This document shows positions 5,631 through 10,651 of a DNA stretch of 10,651 nt, in pieces. This DNA is from Candidatus Iainarchaeum sp. GTDB taxonomy: Archaea; Iainarchaeota; Iainarchaeia; Iainarchaeales; 0-14-0-20-30-16. Under the pieces are notes generated by a model. It ran no database searches and was not told where the DNA came from. It saw only the letters and a program-made list of their open reading frames with translations. The translations under genes were made by a program, and so were the position numbers. Within the stretch, counting starts at the first letter, position 1. Each line of letters starts with the position of its first letter. The stretch spans positions 1 through 10,651 of the forward strand of contig CAIWXP010000067.1 in assembly GCA_903916665.1 (NCBI GenBank). Reading direction: 5' to 3'.

Positions 5631-6314
5631 TTATTTTAATATTCTTTTGCTTTTTATTTTTAAGTTTTTATCTAAATCGTAAACTGTTGGTACGCCTGTT
5701 GCAATTTCATAGTTAGGAATGTCTTTGTTACTAATGTTTTCCAAATGTTTAGTTATTCCTCTTAAACTATTTCCATGCGCAACAATTAAAACATTTTTTC
5801 CATTCTTTAATTTTTTTAAAATTTTATTTTTAAAATAAGGTACTGCCCTATCCATTGTATCTTTTAAACTTTCGCCATGAGGCGGTTTAACATTATAGCT
5901 TCTTCTCCAGATTTGAACTTGTTCAACACCAAATCTTTTTCTAGCATAATCTTTATCCATACCTTGCAAATCGCCATAGTATCTTTCATTCAAATCATCG
6001 TGTTTGTAAATAGGTAATTCGTTTTTGTTTTCTAAATGTTTTTCCCATTTAAAATCTTTTTTGTTTTCAGAATAAAATACAGGAATTTGTGTTATTTTCA
6101 TAGAATCTAAAACATAAATTAATGTTTCTTCTGCTCTAATTAGTTCTGATGTAAAAACAATATCAAAATGTAATTTATTTTTTAATAATAAAGATCCGGC
6201 TCTTTTTGATTCTTTTATTCCCTTTGATGTTAAAGGAACATCTACCCAACCAGTAAACTCATTTAATTTATTCCAAACAGATTCACCATGTCTAATTAAA
6301 ACTAGCTTTACCAT
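5631..6314 (-). CDS. gpmA: 2,3-bisphosphoglycerate-dependent phosphoglycerate mutase (dPGM, short form)
   Basis: Histidine-phosphatase signature LIRHGESVWN (catalytic His), FTGWVDVPLT, LNERYYGDLQG, WRRSYNVKPPHGESLKDTMDRAVPYF (short-form dPGM pattern, as in S. pombe-type enzymes), and VAHGNSLR (second His). Confidence 0.92.
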   Translation of the reverse strand: MVKLVLIRHGESVWNKLNEFTGWVDVPLTSKGIKESKRAGSLLLKNKLHFDIVFTSELIRAEETLIYVLDSMKITQIPVFYSENKKDFKWEKHLENKNELPIYKHDDLNERYYGDLQGMDKDYARKRFGVEQVQIWRRSYNVKPPHGESLKDTMDRAVPYFKNKILKKLKNGKNVLIVAHGNSLRGITKHLENISNKDIPNYEIATGVPTVYDLDKNLKIKSKRILK

Positions 6315-6335
6315 GGTATATTAAAGTAAAGGGTA

Positions 6336-6347
6336 TTTATATATTTT
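6336..6347 (-). promoter_or_regulatory. TATA box of gpmA (probable leaderless mRNA)
   Basis: Minus strand reads AAAATATATAAA-TACCCTTTACTTTAATATACC-ATG. The TATA 8-mer ends exactly 21 nt before the ATG (6314). There is no SD motif between them. The geometry matches the promoters at 8328 and 9577. Confidence 0.5.
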
Positions 6348-6352
6348 GTGTC

Positions 6353-6398
6353 TAGAAATAAAAGAATAGTTATTGAAAGGAAAGATCTATCCTTTCAA
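6353..6398 (-). terminator. Near-perfect 26-nt palindrome (hairpin) spanning the ferredoxin stop codon, followed by a T-rich tract; putative operon terminator
   Basis: TTGAAAGGAAAGATCTATCCTTTCAA (6373..6398) has a 9-bp perfect outer stem and one mismatch in the centre. On the minus strand it is followed by TAACTATTCTTTTATTTCT. The T tracts are short (T4, T3), so confidence is modest. Confidence 0.4.
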
Positions 6399-6608
6399 TT
6401 CTTTTCCTGTTTCATCTTTTATTTTAATACATGTAACAGGACAGGCATCTCTACATTCCTTTGCATCTTCTAAATCTTTATCTTCAATATCTGCTTTTAT
6501 TAATTTAGATTTTGCACCCTGCATAGTCCAATATTTTGATAATAGTGAAGCACAAGCTCCACATCCTATGCAATCTTCAACAACATGAACAAATTTATAT
6601 TTAACCAC
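6387..6608 (-). CDS. Small single-cluster [4Fe-4S]/[3Fe-4S] ferredoxin
   Basis: CIGCGAC (CxxCxxC) near the N-terminus plus a distal ACPVTCI (CP motif). This is the Pyrococcus-type monocluster ferredoxin layout in a 73-aa protein. The GTG start at 6608 is preceded by GGTGAT (6612..6617) + TTA. Confidence 0.85.
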   Translation of the reverse strand: MVKYKFVHVVEDCIGCGACASLLSKYWTMQGAKSKLIKADIEDKDLEDAKECRDACPVTCIKIKDETGKELKG

Positions 6609-6623
6609 TAAATCACCTTATTT

Positions 6624-7067
6624 TTAACGTAATATATTACAATTAGTATCTAATTCAACAAAATATTTAGCTTCTCCGCTAATATATGATTTACATTGAT
6701 TCTTAGGATCATTATCTTCTGCAGTTCTAGGATTATGTGCCAAATCACAGGCCCAGGTTTTTACTTTGAATCCAAAAGCATCAGATAAACAAGGTCCATT
6801 CTCATAGGAAATTGTATTTTTATATTCTTTACACATATTTACACAATCTAAATATGCTTTATTTTGATCTTGATTTAATTGTTGTATTAAATTAAAGTTA
6901 TTTTGATCAAAAGCAGGATTAAAATTATTTACATCTTTATTTTGATCATTAATATCTTTTGGTACTGATTTACTTAACGGTAGTGTAAACGTTAAAATAG
7001 TTACTATTAAAATAAATACAATTGTTACTAATCCCATATACATTAATTCTTTTTTTGTTGCAAACAT
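6624..7067 (-). CDS. Membrane-anchored, extracytoplasmic six-cysteine protein (hypothetical)
   Basis: N-terminal hydrophobic helix MGLVTIVFILIVTILTFTL, a Q/N-rich linker, then a domain with 6 Cys (C75, C79, C93, C107, C125, C143). ATG 7067 is preceded by GGTGAT (7071..7076) + TAA, and the PAN stop TGA (7072..7074) lies inside this SD. Confidence 0.7.
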   Translation of the reverse strand: MFATKKELMYMGLVTIVFILIVTILTFTLPLSKSVPKDINDQNKDVNNFNPAFDQNNFNLIQQLNQDQNKAYLDCVNMCKEYKNTISYENGPCLSDAFGFKVKTWACDLAHNPRTAEDNDPKNQCKSYISGEAKYFVELDTNCNILR

Positions 7068-7071
7068 TTAA

Positions 7072-8289
7072 TCACCTAAAATAATTATTAACTTCTTTTT
7101 GTTTTTCATCAACTTTATCTTTGATTAATATTTTATTAATTGATTCTACAATTTCTTCCTGTGTAACTTTTGTTTTGTTTTTTCTAATTGCAAATATTGC
7201 TGATTCTTTACAAATTAATTTAATATCTGCACCACTTGCGGTTTCAGTCATGTCTATTATTGTTTCTAGATTAAGTTTTCCACAAGGAATTTTTTCTAAA
7301 TATATTTTGAATATTTCTTTTCTTTCCTGTTTATCAGGTAAACTAACTTCAATTATTCTATCAAATCTGCCAGGTCTTAAAATTGCCTTATCTAAAATAT
7401 CTAATCTATTTGTTGCAGCAATTATTTTTATTTTATCACTTTCGTAAAAACCATCCATTTCTACCAATAGCTGGGTCATGGTTCTGTTTACTTCTCTATC
7501 TGCGCCTGTTCCTGAGTCCAATCTATAGGATGCAACACTATCTAATTCATCAATAAATATAATTGTAGGTGATTTTTCTTTTGCAAGTTTAAAAAGATCC
7601 TTTACAACCTTTGCTCCTTCACCAATAAATTTATGAATTAATTCGGATCCGCTTAATGAAATGAATGTAGATTTTGTTTTATTTGCAATTGCTTTTGCAA
7701 TCATAGTTTTTCCAGTACCTGGCGGACCATATAATAAAATACCTTTGGGTGATTCAATATTAAATTTTTTAAATATTTCTGGTTTTGTCATAGGTAATAT
7801 AACTGTTTCTTCTACTTCATTAATTACTTTTTTTAAACCACCAATATCTTTTAGGCTTTGTTTTGGTTTTTCATTTATTTCAAAGGCTATTGCTCTATAG
7901 TCTTTTTCTGGTGCCAAAACATCTAAAATTGCTAAGTTATTTTGTGCCATTACTACTCTGTCTTCAACATTTATTGTTTTTATAATATCTTCGGGAACGT
8001 TAACATAAAATACCATTCCATTGTTTGTTCTTATAACTGCTTTTAGTTTATCTAGGAATATTTCTGAAATTGTTCCAACTATCGCAGGACTATTTTTATA
8101 ATTATTTAATACTTTTTCTAATTTCTCTTTTTCAACATTTAGTGTTTGATTTTGTAATTGAAGACTTTGTGCCTGCATTTTTAATACATTTAATTCTGCT
8201 TTGATTTGATTATAATAGGGATCGCTATCCAATTCAGTGTAGGCATTTAATTGAAAGTCTTTTCTATCTTGATTATCGTAGTTTTCCAT
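7072..8289 (-). CDS. pan: Proteasome-activating nucleotidase (PAN / Rpt-family AAA+ ATPase)
   Basis: N-terminal coiled coil (LNVLKMQAQSLQLQNQTLNVEKEKLEKVL), an OB region, Walker A GPPGTGKT, pore loop KFIGEG, Walker B IIFIDELD, GADREVNRTMTQLLVEMDGF, and Arg-finger region LRPGRFDR. Start corrected from GTG 8298 to ATG 8289 (MENYDNQ...), preceded by AGTGAT + AATT. Confidence 0.93.
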   Translation of the reverse strand: MENYDNQDRKDFQLNAYTELDSDPYYNQIKAELNVLKMQAQSLQLQNQTLNVEKEKLEKVLNNYKNSPAIVGTISEIFLDKLKAVIRTNNGMVFYVNVPEDIIKTINVEDRVVMAQNNLAILDVLAPEKDYRAIAFEINEKPKQSLKDIGGLKKVINEVEETVILPMTKPEIFKKFNIESPKGILLYGPPGTGKTMIAKAIANKTKSTFISLSGSELIHKFIGEGAKVVKDLFKLAKEKSPTIIFIDELDSVASYRLDSGTGADREVNRTMTQLLVEMDGFYESDKIKIIAATNRLDILDKAILRPGRFDRIIEVSLPDKQERKEIFKIYLEKIPCGKLNLETIIDMTETASGADIKLICKESAIFAIRKNKTKVTQEEIVESINKILIKDKVDEKQKEVNNYFR

Positions 8290-8356
8290 AATTATCACTT
8301 TGTATTATATATATAAAAGTAGTTAGGTTTTTATAGGTTTAGTGTTGTATTTAGAT
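8290..8356. promoter_or_regulatory. Divergent promoter region (PAN operon leftward, SLT gene rightward)
   Basis: Plus strand has TTTTTATA at 8328..8335, then exactly 21 nt, then ATG 8357 with no SD. Minus strand has TTTTATAT (8318..8311), then 21 nt, then ATG 8289. The spacing fits an archaeal TATA about 22-27 nt upstream of the TSS, which implies leaderless or near-leaderless mRNAs. Confidence 0.5.
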
Positions 8357-9574
8357 ATGCCTTTGAAGCCAAGAACAAGAAAACTAGCAACTGTTGCATT
8401 AGTAGGTACTTTAATTGGGGGTGCCTCTGGTTTGGTTGTAAAATCTGCAATAAATGCGCATAGGCCAAAAGAATTTCATGCAATTGTGAGCCCAGAAGAA
8501 CAAAAAAAAGAACTTTTTAAAGTTTTAGAAAAGACAAAAGATAAATTTTCTGCCGCAGATAGTTATGTTAAAGCAGCAGTAAGAAAAATTTATGATTATA
8601 AAGATTCCTTTGGTAGAAAGAGATTTGCATCCTGGATTTATAATAATAACCCCGGACAATTTTATGATATTTTAGAACATTATATGCAGGTTAAAGCCAG
8701 AGAATTGGGGTTAGATCCAGAAATACCAAAGTATTTATTTTTTAGAACTGCTTTTAATTTAGAAAATCCAATTGGTGTTTCTGATTTGAATACCATTTCT
8801 AGAATTGTTGGTCGAACAATTACAAGAGAGGAATTATCTCAAGATCCTTTTTTGGCAATAGATTTTGGTTTACAATATTTGAAAAGAATATCTGAAAATA
8901 CAAAACGATCTGATTTAGTAGGTGTTTTAACAGAATTTTTATATGGTCCTTTTAGAACAAATAAAGCATTTCAGAAAAAAACAAAAGATGTTCGAGACTT
9001 ATTGACTGATTATAATACCAATTATTCTTCTAAGTTAGATAAACAAAAAGTTAGAGAATCAGGTAGAGCATATTTAAAAACTTTAGATTTATTTGTAGAT
9101 TTATCAAAACAATTAGATATGCCAACTTTTGAAAGATTATCTCCTGATGAACGAAAAGTAGAAATAATTAGATTTACAAGTTTAATCTGTGAGCGATTAA
9201 ATTTAGATTTGCAAACAGTTTTGCGTATGATTGTTGTTGAATCTCATTTTAATCATACTAATCAAAATTTAAGAACCAAAGCTTTAGGGCTTTTACAAAT
9301 AGAACCAATTAATTTTAATGAATTAAACAAAAGAGTTGGTGGCTTTGAAAGAATATTTGGACGAGTTATTTCGTTTGAAGATTTAAGAAATCCCTATGTG
9401 GATTTAGTAATGGGTGTTTTGTATTTTAAATATTGTTTGATTTCTCTTCAGGATTTAGATGCTGCAATTCAAGCACATAATGTAGGTTTGGATGCTTATT
9501 TACTAGGAAAACCTGAAACTATGGCAGCTGGTCAAAGATATTTAATGAAAGTAAAAACAGCAACAATAGAATAG
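8357..9574 (+). CDS. Membrane-anchored protein with tandem SLT (lytic transglycosylase / goose-lysozyme-like) domains: N-terminal degenerate copy, C-terminal catalytic copy
   Basis: - Start corrected to ATG 8357 (MPLKPRTRK...).
- TM helix LATVALVGTLIGGASGLVV.
- The C-terminal domain (about 9173..9511) has the SLT signature MIVVESHFNHTN...ALGLLQI (catalytic Glu codon GAA 9239..9241; E-S...GLxQ), then LRNPYVDLVMGVLYF and AAIQAHNVG (the AYNaG equivalent).
- An earlier segment (about 8684..8956) repeats the same architecture: LGLDPE..LFFRTAFNLENPIGVS...DPFLAIDFGLQYLKRI...VLTEFLYGP. It has Thr (8747..8749) where the catalytic Glu should be. Confidence 0.75.
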   Translation: MPLKPRTRKLATVALVGTLIGGASGLVVKSAINAHRPKEFHAIVSPEEQKKELFKVLEKTKDKFSAADSYVKAAVRKIYDYKDSFGRKRFASWIYNNNPGQFYDILEHYMQVKARELGLDPEIPKYLFFRTAFNLENPIGVSDLNTISRIVGRTITREELSQDPFLAIDFGLQYLKRISENTKRSDLVGVLTEFLYGPFRTNKAFQKKTKDVRDLLTDYNTNYSSKLDKQKVRESGRAYLKTLDLFVDLSKQLDMPTFERLSPDERKVEIIRFTSLICERLNLDLQTVLRMIVVESHFNHTNQNLRTKALGLLQIEPINFNELNKRVGGFERIFGRVISFEDLRNPYVDLVMGVLYFKYCLISLQDLDAAIQAHNVGLDAYLLGKPETMAAGQRYLMKVKTATIE

Positions 9575-9605
9575 TGTTTTTATAGTTTTGCTTGGTTTTC
9601 TATAT
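9575..9605 (+). promoter_or_regulatory. TATA promoter of the downstream Cys-rich membrane protein gene (probable leaderless mRNA)
   Basis: TTTTTATA at 9577..9584, then exactly 21 nt, then ATG 9606. The context TAGTGTTTTTATAGTTTT is nearly identical to TAGGTTTTTATAGGTTT at 8324..8340. The T-rich stretch directly follows the upstream stop, so it may also terminate the SLT transcript. Confidence 0.5.
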
Positions 9606-10613
9606 ATGGATTCAGTTTTTAAAGTTTTAATTGCTGCAATTGTTTTTGGAGCATTATTAGCAATTATACTTACATTTTTTGTTTTTCCTAAAGATGATCC
9701 ATATTTGGAAATATCAAAAACAATTAAATTAGCAGTAACCGATGCTGGAAATCCCTATTGTTCAAAAATAGATTTAATTAAAAATAATGCAATAACTACA
9801 AAAGTTTTAAACCAAACAAGTTTATTAATTAATGAATCAATCTATGTTTGGTTTTCGACTTTAAATCCTAAATTAAATGTTTTTAATTCTGATAATTTAT
9901 CTAGTATTTCTTCAAATGAAAGTTTTAAACAAATAGATTTTTGTGCTATTTGTTTTCCTGGAATTATATTTAAAGATTATTCAGACTTATCAGTTATATT
10001 AAAAAAGAATAATAATTATTGTGAAGTTGTTTTTGGAAAGAAATTATTACCTCAAACTAGTAATTTAAATGCATTTAATTTAGAAGAACAACAAGGGTTT
10101 AAAAAAATAAATTTTAATGATACTTTACCAGCAGGTTATATTTATGCAGTTTATATTTTAAACAATGAACAAAAACAAATGATGTCATCAGACAAATTGT
10201 CTTTTTTGGGCGAAACAAAAGATACAAATATTGAAAAAGTATTTTATTTTAATAATATAAATAAGAATGATGCAAATATTGAAATTCCTAAGGCAGGAGA
10301 AAAAATAGTTTTGCAAGCAATTATGCAGGATAGTAGAAACATATTTGCAGGTCCCATATATCCAATCAAATTTTTAGTTCAATCAATAAATGTTATTCCA
10401 AATGATAATTATCAAATGATTGGTTGTAAAACAACTACTCAAGAAAATCAAGGCAAAGATTATGATTTGCAGAAATGTTTAGTTTATAATTATTGTGATG
10501 GTTGCTTTTTAGCAAGTCATTGTGCTAAGGCATGGGAAGATAAAGGAATAATTTCTGAAGCTGCAACAACAACCTATTCTAAATCTTATTTGCCATTTGA
10601 AAGTTGTAATTGA
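9606..10613 (+). CDS. Membrane-anchored extracytoplasmic protein with Cys-rich C-terminal module (hypothetical)
   Basis: Start corrected from TTG 9588 to ATG 9606 (MDSVFKV...). TM helix VLIAAIVFGALLAIILTFFVF. There are 10 Cys in total, 6 of them in the last 62 aa (10425..10610: CKTTT...QKCLVYNYCDGCFLASHCAKAW...ESCN). I recognise no family. Confidence 0.7.
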   Translation: MDSVFKVLIAAIVFGALLAIILTFFVFPKDDPYLEISKTIKLAVTDAGNPYCSKIDLIKNNAITTKVLNQTSLLINESIYVWFSTLNPKLNVFNSDNLSSISSNESFKQIDFCAICFPGIIFKDYSDLSVILKKNNNYCEVVFGKKLLPQTSNLNAFNLEEQQGFKKINFNDTLPAGYIYAVYILNNEQKQMMSSDKLSFLGETKDTNIEKVFYFNNINKNDANIEIPKAGEKIVLQAIMQDSRNIFAGPIYPIKFLVQSINVIPNDNYQMIGCKTTTQENQGKDYDLQKCLVYNYCDGCFLASHCAKAWEDKGIISEAATTTYSKSYLPFESCN

Positions 10614-10630
10614 TTATTTCGTGATATTAT

Positions 10631-10651
10631 ATGTTAGAAGCTTTTGCACAA
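10631..10651 (+). CDS. Partial CDS (first 7 codons, runs off the right edge), hypothetical
   Basis: GTGAT at 10621..10625 + ATTAT + ATG 10631, then an open frame MLEAFAQ to the window end. The only support is the recurring SD context. Confidence 0.25.

Noticed and set aside
6384-6389. AGATCT (BglII-type) site at the centre of the 26-nt palindrome as a restriction-modification target
   Set aside because: A single 6-bp palindrome carries no information about R-M systems. It is simply the core of the larger hairpin.
6373-6588. 71-aa plus-strand ORF antisense to the ferredoxin gene
   Set aside because: The minus-strand frame carries a textbook CxxCxxC...CP ferredoxin signature and an SD. The plus-strand translation has no features.
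7121-7900. Two plus-strand ORFs (108 aa at 7121..7447 and 79 aa at 7661..7900) antisense to PAN
   Set aside because: Both are shadow ORFs inside the unambiguous AAA+ ATPase gene.
1-10651. CRISPR arrays, tRNA/rRNA genes, transposases, integrases, IS inverted repeats, alternative genetic code
   Set aside because: - The intergenic spaces are too short (at most about 130 nt) and are fully explained by promoters and terminators.
- There are no spaced direct repeats outside coding low-complexity regions.
- No transposase- or integrase-like ORFs are present.
- TGA, TAG and TAA all terminate well-supported genes at the expected lengths.

Overview
The window is strongly AT-rich by eye (composition not computed) and densely coding, and it looks archaeal. 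Evidence for this: a proteasome-activating nucleotidase (PAN), a deoxyhypusine synthase, TTTTTATA-type TATA boxes, and GGTGAT Shine-Dalgarno motifs complementary to the archaeal 16S 3' end (AUCACC). The Asn/Lys-rich proteins, salvage and minimal metabolism genes and many membrane-anchored hypotheticals suggest a small-genome DPANN-like archaeon, but that is inference only. The standard code applies: TAA, TAG and TGA all act as stops.

Gene layout:
- Minus strand: partial CDS, deoxyhypusine synthase, zinc-ribbon protein.
- Plus-strand operon with overlapping stop/SD junctions: large secreted beta-propeller + Ig-like surface protein, TPR-like protein, thymidine kinase, divergent TrmB-like methyltransferase-fold protein.
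- Minus strand: a separately promoted dPGM-type phosphoglycerate mutase, then the operon PAN -> Cys-rich membrane protein -> single-cluster ferredoxin.
- Plus strand: a membrane-anchored protein with tandem SLT (lytic transglycosylase, GH23-like) domains and a Cys-rich membrane-anchored protein, each behind a near-identical promoter.

I corrected several ORF-track starts using the SD or TATA geometry. I saw no rRNA, tRNA, CRISPR array or mobile element.

The most interesting candidate is the archaeal, externally anchored tandem-SLT protein plus its co-promoted Cys-rich neighbour. Together they may form a cell-wall or host-envelope attack module. All homology calls are by-eye motif recognition, with no searches run.
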